Of a stretch of 64,000 bases of DNA, positions 1-13,077 are shown one piece after another. Source of the stretch: Octopus vulgaris (taxonomy: Eukaryota); NCBI GenBank assembly GCA_951406725.2, contig OX597842.1, positions 248,001 through 312,000 of the forward strand. The letters are read 5' to 3'. Within the stretch, counting starts at the first letter, position 1. Each line of letters begins with the position of its first letter. The notes below the pieces were generated by a model. It was not told where the DNA came from. It was given only the letters and a program-made list of their open reading frames with translations, and searched no databases. The position numbers and the translations under genes are program-made.

Positions 1-208
1 TATATTTGCATATGTTCCATATGGCTAGTTGCATGTGTGTGCATGTGTGTGTATATGCATGCGCATATATGTGTATATGTATGGAGAACCCTCAAGTGGC
101 CTTATCAAGCGCTATATCCAGCAGTTTTATATAAGAATATAGAAATCTCAATTTAATTTAGTCTTATGTACGCAAAGTTGATAGGATGCAGATGTCTCTG
201 TGTGTGGC

Positions 209-302
<94 letters not shown>

Positions 303-541
303 TATTAATATATATGTGTGCGTATATACATATATATATTAATATTTATACGTGTGTATAAATGTATGTATTTATATATTATATTAGATTATGGTTTTGT
401 TTATACATACCAATGCTAATAATGACTTGTGAGAACACAATATATATACGCTGCTTCAGAATAAAAGGTTAGGTGAATACAGAGTGTAATATGACATTAA
501 TGGAATGGGAAAGAAGCAGAAATTACGTAATCAACTGCATT

Positions 542-622
542 GGCTTACATCTGTTTCTGCTATAAGAGTCAGTGTACACAGACGTGAGTGCTTGTGCAAC
601 ATCTTATCGCTTCCTCAGAGCC
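542..622 (-). ncRNA. Degenerate type-I hammerhead ribozyme motif with long stem II
   Basis: Minus strand: GGCT-CTGAGGA-A-GCGATAAGA...TCTTATAGC-A-GAAAC-AGAT-GTA-AGCC; stem I GGCT/AGCC; first stem II pair mismatched. Confidence 0.55.
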
Positions 623-844
623 TTTGAAATTAATTGCATTTGTATGTCAGGAAGCGTTTAACCCTTTAGCAATGAGATTACTCTGTGAAATCTAATGTTT
701 GTGCGTTATCTAATGGCTTTGAGATTTCGATGATGTGATTGTTTTGTTTTAGAATGACATTGCAGAAATGGTGTGAGAGGCCAGATCTGGCCAGTTTGTA
801 TGCTAAAGAGAATTATTAACATAGTGCAGAGTAGTTATGATAAA

Positions 845-1690
845 TAGGTCCCTGTAACTTAGCAGTTCAGCAAAAGTGGCCGATAGAATAAGTACTAGGC
901 TTACAAAGAATAAGTCCTGGGGGTCGATGTGCTTGACTAAAGGTGGTGCTCCAGCATGGCCACATTCACATGACTGAAACAAGTAAAAAGAGTAAAGAGT
1001 ATATAGGTTCAGGCTGACTGTGCAGTATGAAGTTTGCTTCTCAACCATATGGTTCCAGGTTCAGTCCCACTGCGTGGCACCTTGGGCAAGTGTCTTCTAC
1101 TATAGCCTTGGGCCGACCAAAGCCTTATAAGTGGATTTGGTAGAAGTAAACTGAAAGAATCCTATCGTATATGTACATGTCTGTGTGTGTGTTTGTGTAT
1201 TTGTGTCTGTGTTTGTCCCCCACTGTTGCTTGACAACTGGTGTTGGTATGTTTACATCCCAGTAACTTATCTAAAGAGTATATAGGTTCAGGCATGACTG
1301 TGCAGTATGAAGTTTGCTTCTCAACCACATGGTCCCAGGTTCAGTCCCACTGTGTGGTACCTTGCTCAAGTGTCTTCTACTAAAGTTTCAGGCTGACCAA
1401 AGCCTTATAAGTGGATTTGGTAGAAGGAAACTGAAAGAATCCTATCGTATATGTACATGTCTGTGTGTGTGTTTGTGTATTTGTGTCTGTGTTTGTCCCC
1501 CACTGTTGCTTGACAACTGGTGTTGGTATGTTTACATCCCAGTAGCTTATCTATTTGGCAAAAGAGACTGACAGAATAAGTACCAGGTTTAAAAAATAAA
1601 GAAGCTCTGAAGTCGATTAGTTTGACTTAAATCCTTCAAGGTGGTGCTCCAGCATGGCAGCAGTCAAATGATTGAAACAAGTAAAAGATA
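845..1690 (+). mobile_element. Cluster of SINE family 1 pieces: 3' half at ~845-995, then a locally duplicated copy (~992-1270 and ~1273-1690)
   Basis: Shares GGTTCAGTCCCAC B-box-like head, GCACCTTGGGCAAGTGTCTTCTACTATAGCC body and CCAGCATGGC...GAAACAAGTAAAAG tail with copies at 22010, 24658 and elsewhere. Confidence 0.8.
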
Positions 1691-2251
1691 AAAGATATGT
1701 GATGTATTCGAATGCTCTCTGAAATAAACATACATTTCATTTGAATGGAATTTACAAGATGTTGCCCAAGCACTCAGCATTGCTTCATATACCAGAAACA
1801 GCTGTAAGGTAAAGATGGCCACAGTCAAATGACTGAAACAAGTAAAAGAGCATACAAAAATCGGAGAATAAATATCATTATGATATATATATTTACCAGG
1901 TGGTGCTATTAAGTTAGACATGGCCTGGGCCAATAATGGCCGGAACCTATCAAAGTATCAAAGTATATTACATGTATATATATATATATATATATAAACA
2001 TAGTAAAAAGGTAATAAAATAAATTATTATTACCGGTGATCTAGCACAAAAGACATATTAGCCATTAGGCTATATGTTATTCATATATAAGTACATTAAA
2101 AGGCCTCTAAAAGAAGAAGCAAGTACTAGATCACAAAAAGTGGATAAATTCAATGAAATAAAATCAAAAACGTTTACAAACTCGGCTCATCTTATACTGC
2201 AGTTTCGTCTTTTCTCGATAAATTTTGATCGTAGAGCCTATACCAGAACCC

Positions 2252-2309
<58 letters not shown>

Positions 2310-2310
<1 letters not shown>

Positions 2311-2568
2311 TGGGTTAGCGCATAATTAATGCGGCTTTTTTAAACAAATTTTATCCAGCAAAAAACAATAACAATATGTAACCAAAACATCTTAAAATGA
2401 TTATTCCGGAGCATATTCACCATCTACTTCAATTACTGCTTCCCATTTACTTAGCAGACGGTCAGACTATCAGACTATCATTTAAAGAGGTTTTTGTTAA
2501 ATATTGTTATTGTTTTTGTTGAATAAAATTTGTTGAAAAAATGCCGCAATAATTATGCACCAACCCAA
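2310..2568 (-). mobile_element. mariner deletion derivative (MITE-like) with TIRs and TA flanks
   Basis: ta|TTGGGTTAGCGCATAATTAATGCGGC ... GCCGCAATAATTATGCACCAACCCAA|ta; interior on minus strand reads RLLSKWEAVIEVDGEYAPE*, resembling a mariner transposase C-terminus. Confidence 0.8.
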
Positions 2569-2569
2569 T

Positions 2570-2813
2570 ATATATACATGTATATATATATATATATATA
2601 CACATATACATATACACATACATATATACACATATGTATACACGCATACATTTATATATATATAAACATACATATACACACATATACATATATATACACA
2701 CATCTATATCTACACACACAAATGCATATATACATATATATATATAAATATATATATATCTACATACACACACGCACACATATAAATACACACACATACA
2801 TATATATCTACAT

Positions 2814-2852
<39 letters not shown>

Positions 2853-2915
2853 CACACACATATATATACACACACACATATATATATATCTACACATACA
2901 CACACGCATAGATAT
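2570..2915. repeat. (TA)n/(CA)n compound microsatellite, followed by a minus-strand SINE-1 head (~2915-3050)
   Basis: direct reading. Confidence 0.9.
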
Positions 2916-3089
2916 GGGCTTCTTTTAGTTTCCATCTCCCAAATCCACTCACAATACTTTTGTAGGCCTGGGGCTATAGGAGACGACACTTACCCAAGCT
3001 GCCATGCAGTGGGATTGAACCTGGAACTACTTGATTGCAAAGCAAGCTTCTTTGGTGTTGGCTTTTCGGGGCCTGGATATGAAGAGGAT

Positions 3090-3222
3090 ACTGAGGGTGG
3101 TGATGGTGGTGGTGATGATGAAGATGATAGTGATGATGATGGAGGTGGTGGTGGTGGTGGTGGTGGTGGTAGTTGTGAAGGTGGTAGTGATGGTAGCAGC
3201 AGTAGTGGTAATATAGCAGTAT

Positions 3223-3253
<31 letters not shown>

Positions 3254-4164
3254 GGTGATGGGAGGAGTGATGACGCTAGTGATGTTGATGACGAGAGCAA
3301 CAATGATGAAAAGTATGTTGATGATGATGATGATGGTATCAGTGACAACGTTAATGATGATGATGATGATAATGGTAGTGGTGTTGACGATGGGGATGAT
3401 GACGGAGAGATGATAGTGATGATGATGATGGTGATGATAATGGTGATGATGATGATGATGATGGTGATGGTGATGGTGACGATGATGGTGATGGTGATGA
3501 TGATGGTGCAGATGATAGTGATGATGATGGTGATGATGATAATGGTGATGGTGATGATGATGATGGTGGTGATGATAATGGTGATGGTGGTGATGATGAT
3601 GATGGTGGTGATGATGATGTGGAGATGATAGCGATGATGGTGGTTGTGATGATGATGGTGATGATTGTTATGACGATAATGATGATGTGGAGACGATAGT
3701 GATGATGGGAAAGGTGATGGTAGTGATGATGATGATGATGATGGTGGTGTTGATGATGGTGATGATGACATAGAGATGATAGTGATGATGGTGGTGATGG
3801 TGATGGTGATAATGACGGTGAAGATGGCGATGATGATGATGGTGACGATAGGTGATGATGATGGTGATGGTGATGATGATAATAATGATGATGGTGACGA
3901 TGATGCTGATGATGATGCTGCTGATGATGGTGATAATGATAATGGTGATGGTGATGATGATGGTGATACTGGTGATGGCGATGATGATGGTGATGATGGT
4001 GATGATGATGATGGTGATGATGGTTATGATGATAATGATGATGTGGATGATAGTGATGATGGGAAAGGTGATGGTGATGATGATGATGATGATGATGGTG
4101 ATGATGACACAGAGATGATAGTGATGACGGTGGTGGTGATGGTGATGGTGATAATGATGGTGAA

Positions 4165-4195
<31 letters not shown>

Positions 4196-5862
4196 GTGGT
4201 GATGATGATGGTGATGGTGATGATGATGGTGATGATGATGGTGATGATGATGGTGGTGATGATGGTGATGATGATGGTGATAATGATAATGGTGATGGTG
4301 GTGATGATGATGATGGTGGTGATGATGGTGACGATGATGGTGCAGATGATAGTGATGATGATGATGTGATGGTGATGATGATGATGATGATGATGATGGT
4401 GATGGTGATGATGATGGTGATGGTGATGATGATGGTGCAGATGATAGTGATGATGATGGTGATGATGATAATGGTGATGGTGATGATGATGATGGTGGTG
4501 ATGATAATGGTGATGGTGGTGATGATGATGATGGTGGTGATGATGATGTGGAGATGATAGCGATGATGGTGGTTGTGATGATGATGGTGATGATTGTTAT
4601 GACGATAATGATGATGTGGAGACGATAGTGATGATGGGAAAGGTGATGGTAGTGATGATGATGATGATGATGGTGGTGTTGATGATGGTGATGATGACAT
4701 AGAGATGATAGTGATGATGGTGGTGGTGATGGTGATGGTGATAATGACGGTGAAGATGGCGATGATGATGATGGTGACGATAGGTGATGATGATGGTGAT
4801 GGTGATGATGATAATAATGATGTGGAGACGATGATGCTGATGATGATGCTGCTGATGATGGTGATAATGATAATGGTGATGGTGATGATGATGGTGATAC
4901 TGGTGATGGCGATGCGGAGACGATAGTGATGATGGTGGTAGTGATGATGATGGTGATGATGGTTATGATGATAATGATGATGTGGAGACGATAGTGATGA
5001 TGGGAAAGGTGATGGTAGTGATGATGATGATGATGATGGTGATGATGACACAGAGATGATAGTGATGACGGTGGTGGTGATGGTGATGGTGATAATGATG
5101 GTGAAGATGGCGATGATGATGATGTGGAGATGATGATGATGATGGTGACGATAGGTGATGATGATGGTGATGGTGATGATGATGGTGATGATGATGGTGA
5201 TGATGATGGTGGTGATGATGGTGATGATGATGGTGATAATGATAATGGTGATGGTGGTGATGATGATGATGGTGGTGATGATGGTGATGATGATGATGGT
5301 GGTGATGATGGTGATGGTGGTGATGATGGTGATGATGATGGTGATGATGATAATGGTGATGGTGGTGATGATGATGATGGTGGTGATGATGATGGTGATG
5401 ATGGTGATGATGATGGTGATGATGGTGATGATGGTGATGATGGTGATGATGATGGTGATGGTGATGATGATGATGGTGATGATGATGATGATGATTATGA
5501 TGGTGATGATGATGGTGATGGTGATGATGATGGTGATGATGATGGTGATAATGATAATGGTGATGGTGGTGATGATGATGATGGTGGTGATGATGGTGAT
5601 GATGATGATGGTGGTGATGATGGTGATGATTATGATGGTGATGATTATGATGGTGATGATGATGGTGATAATGATAATGGTGATGGTGATGATGATGATG
5701 ATGGTGATACTGGTGATGATGATGTGGAGATGATAGTGATGATGGTGGTAGTGATGATGATGGTGATGATGGTTATGACGATAATGATGATGTGGAGACG
5801 ATAGTGATGATGGTGAAGGTGATGATGATAATGATGATGATGATGATGAAAGCAATGATGAT
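3090..5862. repeat. 2.8-kb degenerate (GAT/GGT)n trinucleotide tract with internal block duplications
   Basis: direct reading; e.g. the block containing GTGCAGATGATAGTG...GACGATAGGTG at ~3490-3870 recurs at ~4420-4810. Confidence 0.95.
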
Positions 5863-6344
5863 ATGTAAATAACTGTCAGCTGAGTTTGACTAACAATTAA
5901 TGACTAGTGATACTCTTCAGATAAGGAGACCTAATGGCTCTCCCTCCCTCTCTCTCTCTCTCTGAAGCCCCTATCCCCACACACTCCCACTCACCCCCCA
6001 CCGCCTGCAGGCTCCCATCCTGGTCCAAACCACAGCCACTGCCACACAACCCCACCCCCACCCCAACTTCACCTCCATGCCCACCGCTCCACAACAGTCT
6101 GTTTGTCCTCCTCCCCCACCCCTGCCCTTCATACAAATCCTACCTCCCACTTTCCCTCACACTGTGACCCTTCTGTCATGACACCTTCCTTACAAAAAAC
6201 ACCCACCACCACCACCATCACCACCTTCACCACCACCACCACCTTTAACACAGTGGTGGCCTTCTAGAACATTTCTGCCACCACAGCCACTACTACCACC
6301 ACTACCAACACCACCACCAATACTAGAAATATCATCATCATCAT

Positions 6345-6486
6345 CATAATGATCCTTTCTACTAAAGGCACAAGGCCTGAAATTTGTGGGGAGGGGACTA
6401 GTCACCTACATCGACCCCAGTGTTTCACTGGTACTTAATTTATCAACCCCCAAAAAGATGAAAGCCAATGTTGACCTCGGCAGAAT

Positions 6487-6488
<2 letters not shown>
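6345..6488 (-). mobile_element. SINE family 2 fragment
   Basis: reverse complement of the CTTTCATCCTTT..GGGGTCGATAAATTAAGTACCAG..CACTGGGGTCGATGTA body seen at 7670-8020 and 30590-30805. Confidence 0.7.
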
Positions 6489-6836
<348 letters not shown>

Positions 6837-7414
6837 TATTATGCCCTGATGCTGTACCAGACAGTGGCTCTCGTGGCTTCTGGTCTTAACTGATTGGAAG
6901 TGTTATCATGTACATAGTTTTGTCTTGGTATAAAAGATGGCCTACAGCAAATATTCTGCTCAATACCACAGATTTGCTGGTCAGTTGTTTGACCTTAACC
7001 AGTTGACCATGTCCTTTGGTGGCTGACGATGAGTGCATGCCTGATCATGAGCAGAAGTAGTAGGGGAGCATCATAGCCATGTGTTGAGAGGGATTCTTTG
7101 GGGTTTGAATAATTCACCTCTGGAAACATGGGTGTTTCGTTCAACATCCTTAAACAAAACTTATTCGGGGACCTTTTGAGTGGGATGGGCTAATTGACCA
7201 GAAGAAAATTCTAACTGGGCCCCACCTGCAAGGTCATGTGCTGTTTATCTTGATATGAGATCACCATGTTGCACACATATGGTTGTGATGCATGTGCCTA
7301 GTGTACCCTTATCAGACGTGTAGTCATGATGGGTATACTGGGCTTCGTATATTTTACCCCAGTGTCACTTTGATGGCATGCACTGCTCTCTCACTCAATA
7401 ATAATAATAATAAT

Positions 7415-8020
7415 ACATGTTTTCTGGACACAGTGTATTCACCATCTGATCCTGACAGAAATTTTTTGCATCTGAGAAAAACTAAAGCATGCTTGCTTTG
7501 AGGGGATGCTTGAGTTTCTTCAAAAGTTTCGTAGCATGGTCTTCCCTCTTGTCTTTGATAGCTTTGGATAAAAATTGAATGAGGAATACTGTATGTCTTC
7601 ATACACTACCTGCCTGATAAGTAACTCAGACACACCCATGTACCTGGCGATGGTACATGGTCGCTGATGTTGACTTTGCCTTTCATCCTTTCGGGGTCGA
7701 TAAATTAAGTACCAGTTACACACTGGGGTCGATGTAATTGACTTAATCCCTTTGTCTGTCTTTGTCCCCTCTATGTTTGGCCCCTTGTGGGCAATAAAGA
7801 AATAAGAAATGTTAGCACGGTGGGGAAAATGCTTAGCGGTGTTTCATCTGCCGTTACATTCTGAGTTCAAATTCTGCCGAGTTGACTTTATCTTTCATCC
7901 TTTTGGGGTCGATAAGTTAAGTACCAGTTACACACTGGGGTCGATGTAATTGACTTAATCCCTTTGTCTGTCCTTGTTTGTCCCCTCTATGTTTAGTAGC
8001 TTGTGGGCAATAAAGAAATA

Positions 8021-8110
<90 letters not shown>

Positions 8111-8531
8111 ATTTGACATGGGTGACTCTTTCTTGTCTTGGGATTTACAGTCAAATGGTTTAGAGGGATCATTGTCAATTGTGGCCTGGATCTCACCAAC
8201 AAATTTAGGAGTTCTTTTCTTATCAGAACAACCAGAGTGAGTTTATTGAGCTGCTATACCTTCATAATCCCCATTAAACTCATCCAACTCTTTCCAAATC
8301 CTTTGCACTGTCCACGGATTAACAGCCAAACACTCATATTAGGGCTTCTGGTGCAAATGCCAAACAGTACAGCAAGTCGTTTCCAAATTTCTGGCCGAGT
8401 GAATTGCGTCATGGTGCTGTTTTTCTCACAGACTGTGCCCTACTATACTGTGTAGTTGATAAAATCGAAAACAATGTACATGCATGAAATTAAAAATATA
8501 AAATGGCAACAATTTACCCATCACATCCTGC
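7415..8531 (-). mobile_element. Tc1/mariner-superfamily transposon 5' relic, interrupted by a SINE-2 dimer and (TA)n
   Basis: End resembles a TIR (CAGGATGTGATGGGTAAATTG on minus). Frameshifted translation MTQFTRPEIWKRLAVLFGI..TVQRIWKELDEFNGDYEG..SDKKRTPKFVGEIQATIDNDPSK resumes at ~7650 as IARYMGVSELLIRQVVYEDIQY (HTH-like). Confidence 0.65.
7660..8022 (+). mobile_element. Tandem pair of SINE family 2 copies
   Basis: Two copies ending GGGCAATAAAGAAATAAG (~7806 and ~8022); B-box-like GAGTTCAAATTC; homologous to 30590-30805. Confidence 0.85.
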
Positions 8532-9478
8532 ATATATATGTGTGTGTGTGTATTCTTTCTTTCTTTTACTTGTTTCAGTCATTTGACTGCGGCCATGCTG
8601 GAGCACCGCCTTTAGTCGAGCAAATCGACCCCGGGACTTATTCTTTGTAAGCCCAGTACTTATTCTATCGGTCTCTTTTGCCGAACCGCTAAGTGACGGG
8701 GACGTAAACACACCAGCATCGGTTGTCAAGCAATGCTAGGGGGACAAACACAAACACACACGCATATATATCTCTTATTATAAAAGGCAGATTTTATCTG
8801 CCTCCCTTTGGGAGTTATACAAATCTACAATATAGGATTTCTTCAATTACAATTTACCTGGCATTTTTGAGAGTACAATGCATCGCGTCATGCCAGGTCC
8901 AGTTTTTAAAATTTAAACTCCAATTAAGCAAAATTTACAGAAAACTCACATTCTGGTGTGTGTGTCAAATGCTTTTCTTAGTCTGGTTTACACCACACGC
9001 AAACGCACACACACAGTGGGCAACGAATAAAATGAAAGTAAATAGCGACAGAGTGATTTGAGGAAGACTAAAGTGAAAGTATTCTGTCTATGACGCTGAT
9101 AGATATATGAGTAAAATGTATGGGAAGCTAAGAGCTAAGAGTGAGTGAAAATGTTCTTGGAAGAGAGTAATTAGTAATAAAGTAAACATACACTCATACA
9201 TACATACATACATACATACATACATACATACATACACACACACACATACACACACATACATACACACACATACATACATACACACATACATACATACATA
9301 CATATACATACATACATACATACATACATACACATACACACATACACACACACACATACACACACACACAGTATTGAAGCTTGAGAACAATCAGATACAT
9401 TTGCAACACATCTGTTGAAAATATTATTGTTCACACACATACATATACATATATACATACATACAGACAGACAGATAG

Positions 9479-9509
<31 letters not shown>

Positions 9510-9564
9510 ATCCAGCATGGCCACAACCTCAAGGCTGAAACATATAAAAGAATAACAGAATATA

Positions 9565-9925
9565 AATGTGTGCAAAGTACAAGAAATATTAATGCAGTAT
9601 ATGGGGATTGGACAATAAGCGTAAGGCAGTGTCAATGGTGGTTCCAGAAATCCCAAGCCATAAACTACAGCCTAGAAGACGAGCCTCATCCTGAAAGATC
9701 TGTAGAACTCGACAAGGACATCCTGAAAACCCTGGTGGAACAAAATATCATCGTAACTGTTGAGGAACTAGCAGAGAAGCTTGGATTTGGTCATTCAACC
9801 ATTCATTGACACCTGTGTGCTATCGGAAAAGTCAGCAAATTGGGTCAATGGGTTCCTCACGAACTTTCCGAGTCTAATTGCATGCAGAGAGTGAATGTAT
9901 GCTTTTCTTTGCTGTCACATCTCAC
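9565..9925 (+). pseudogene. mariner transposase N-terminal fragment (HTH region to WVPHEL motif) with an in-frame stop
   Basis: STRNINAVYGDWTISVRQCQWWFQK...LEDEPHPERSVELDKDILKTLVEQN...ELAEKLGFGHSTIH*HLCAIGKVSKLGQWVPHELSE; WVPHEL is the established mariner linker motif. Confidence 0.92.
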
Positions 9926-9944
9926 CACTACTGCGCTATGTATA

Positions 9945-10581
9945 TCTATATATATAAAACTGTAGTTGTGTGAGTGTCTGTCCCCTTCGATTTAGATTCC
10001 TAACTACTCCCACATTTTGCGGTACAGTTTAACCAAATTCGGGTAGCTTATAGTCATGATTCATATCGAGCCCGTCTGAGTATTAGCGCGCGTCTACGAT
10101 GAGTCTACGATTTTAAAAATAATTTAACATCATTTTTTATTCCATTTTAATGCATAATTTTTCGTGTGTCGATGGCGGCGGAGTTGGCGTCCACGCTCAC
10201 ACCTGCACCTGTGGGGAAGGGAGTGTAAGGAAATCAACGTCGTAATGCGTTGTCAAGGAGACCAGTGTTCTTTTAGAACAACAACTTCATGGCTTGAAGA
10301 CACCAAAACAGAAATGGCTAAGAAAGCGTCTACATGAGTCTACGATTTAAAAAAAAATTTACCATCGTTTTTTTTCCATTTTAATGCATTTTTTCGCTAT
10401 TATATAAGGGAAGTAACTCTCTAAAAATGTCTACGATGAGTCAACGATTTAAAAAAAAAATTACCATCATATTTTTTCCATTTTTAATGCATTTTTTGCT
10501 ATTTTTTGGCTATAACTCTCTAAAAATGCTTATATAGTTATTTCCCTTACAAACCCGAGCAACGCCGGGCGATACTGCTAG
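9945..10581 (+). mobile_element. Non-autonomous Helitron-like element, copy 1
   Basis: 5' TC start; 3' GC-rich hairpin CCCGAGCAACGCCGGG then CTAG; inserted between A and T with no TSD; internal subrepeats; homologous to 23790-24284. Confidence 0.75.
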
Positions 10582-11044
10582 TATATATATATATACATAT
10601 ATACGACAGGCTTCTTTCAGTTTCCATCTACCAAATCCACTCACAAGGCTTTGGTTGACCTGAGGCTATAGTAGAAGACACTTGCCCAAGGTGCCACGCA
10701 GTGGGACTGAACCCGGAACCATGTGGTTGGTAAAGAAGCTACTTACCACACAGCCACTCCTGTGCCTGTGTGCCTGTGTGTGTGTGTGTGTGTATGTACA
10801 CACACGCACCATAAAAGAATTTTAAAAAATGTATCCTTCTATTTTTAAAGAAAATAGAGTGTAATATGGGGCAGATTTAGCTGGCGTTTCTAGCATTTTG
10901 CATGACCACTTAAAGGCCTGTTTTGTAGAAGGTTTTTTATGTAGAAAAGGTGAAAGGAGGCCAACCATTGAGCCGACTTCTTTGTGCTAGAAATAACAGC
11001 CAAACCTGACTGAAATTTAGTTGAACATCTTAAATGTTAATGAA

Positions 11045-11815
11045 GTTGTGATGGTGGTGGAGGCGACATTGCCGGGGGGGGAGGGGGAGGTGTGATGATG
11101 GTAGTGGTGGTGGTGGTGAAGATGGGTTTGTAGTTGATGGTGGTGATTGTGCTAGTGATGATGGTGGAGGCTGTGTTGGTGGTAATGATGGTAGTGATGG
11201 TTGTGGTGGTGGCATTGGTGAAGGTGCGTTGGTGGTATTGATGGTGTTACAGGCCATGTTGATGGCGATGGTGGTGATGGTTGGTATTGATAATGGTGGT
11301 GGAAGTGGTGGTATTGATGGTGGTGGAAGTAGTGTTGATGGTGGTGGTGATGGTGAAGGTGGTGTTGGTGTTGTTGTTGCTGGTGGTGGTGACATTGTAA
11401 AGATGGCTTGGTGGTGGTTTGTGGTATCGATGGTGGTGGAGGCCATGTTGATGGTGATGATGGTGGTACTGATAGTGGTGTTGGTGTTGGTTAGGTGATG
11501 GAGGTGGTGGTGATGATGGTGACAGCATTGAAGAAGATGAGTTGGGTGGGTTGGGTGGTGGAGGTGGTATTAATGGTGGTGATTGTGTTGATGATGGTGG
11601 TAGAGACCATGGTGATGGTGGTTGTGATGATGGTGATGGCATTGATGATGATGGGTTGGTTTGTGGTGGTGTTGGTTGTAGTGGTATTAATGGTGATGGT
11701 GGCGGTCATTGTATTGGTGGTTGTGTTGGTGGTGATGGTGGCGTACTGGTTGTGGTGGTTGTAGTGGTGAAGGCAGATAGGTGTTCTCCTTGTTGTTGTT
11801 GTTATCGTTGGTGGT
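11045..11815. repeat. Degenerate (GGT/GAT)n low-complexity tract
   Basis: direct reading. Confidence 0.9.
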
Positions 11816-11850
11816 GAAAAGAGAAAATTTGCTGTGGTGGTGTCTTTTCT

Positions 11851-11864
11851 GTTGCCATGGTAAC
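11851..11864. promoter_or_regulatory. RFX X-box consensus match GTTGCCATGGTAAC
   Basis: Matches GTNRCC-N(0-3)-RGYAAC; lies in a short non-repetitive island between microsatellites; function not shown. Confidence 0.4.
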
Positions 11865-12104
11865 TGGAGAGAGCACTGACTTGTTTGCATGACAACACAC
11901 CACACCTGCCTCCCCGCCCCACTCCTCCAAAGGCTGAGGAAAGGAGGAGGAAGAGAGGAAGGAGGAGAGAGAGGGAGAGACAGAGAGAGGAGAGGGAGGG
12001 TGAAAGTGAAACTAGGGAGCAGGTGGTTGGGTGTGAGTGTGAGGGAGGTGTGTGTGTGTGAGGGGGAGAGGTGTACTTTTGACTGTTGTTTTTGTTGGTC
12101 TTGT

Positions 12105-12277
12105 TGCTGCTACTACCACTGTGACTACTACCTTCACCACCACAACTACAACTAATACTACAACAGCAGCCACAACAACCACCATTGTTACTACTACTAC
12201 CACCACAACCACCACCATTACTACTACTACTACTACAGCAACTACAACCATCACCATTATTACTACTACTACTACTA

Positions 12278-12310
<33 letters not shown>

Positions 12311-12538
12311 CAGCAACACCGCCAGCAGTTACAATAAAACTACCACTTCTATCATCATAACTTACCACCACTATCACCACCACCACTGAATAAACACCAT
12401 CACTACTACTACTACTACTGCTGCTGCTGTTACTACTACTACTACTACTCTTACAATCACCACATATCTACTACCACCACCACCACCTACTGTCGCTGCT
12501 GTTACTACTACTACTACTATTACTACTACTACTACTAT

Positions 12539-12570
<32 letters not shown>

Positions 12571-12720
12571 ACTACTAAAACAATCACCACATCTTCACCA
12601 CCACCACCACCACCGCTGCTGCTACTACAACTACTACCACCACCACCACTCAGCACAACTAGTGGTGGTAGTGGTATTAGTGGTAGAGGTGTTAGTGTTA
12701 GTGGTGTTAGTGATAGGCTA
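12105..12720. repeat. (CTA/CCA)n low-complexity tract
   Basis: direct reading. Confidence 0.9.
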
Positions 12721-13077
12721 ACCAAAATGGCAATAATTGTGTGTTTTCTGTGTGTATGTGTGTGTGTGTGTGTATGTGTGTGTGTGTGAAATGTGTGCTT
12801 GAATTGTATGCGTATAGGTATTACGAAATGTGTATGTGTGAGTCTGAAGTGTGTGTGTGTGTGTGTGTGTGTAGGTGTGTATGAGTGTTTCTGTGAAGTG
12901 TGTACGCAAGCATGTGTGTGCAGACGTCTAGTGCCATTCTGTTGTTGTTTAACCCTTGGTCAGTACAAAGCCAGTAGACTTAGAATCAAAACTGTTCCAG
13001 CCATGACCACCTCATCTTTACTTCCATGGATACCAAACTCAGGCTGACATAAGACACAAGTGTGTGATATGAGAGCA

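Larger units (their letters stand above)
8552..10765 (-). mobile_element. SINE family 1 split at its internal (TA)n: 3' half at 8552-8765, 5' half at 10585-10765, with ~1.8 kb of nested insertions between
   Basis: The two halves join into a full copy collinear with 22010-22430. Confidence 0.8.

Noticed and set aside
2185-2250. Minus-strand GAAAC-TGCA-GTA resembling a hammerhead 3' half
   Set aside because: No recognisable CUGANGA or stem I partner upstream
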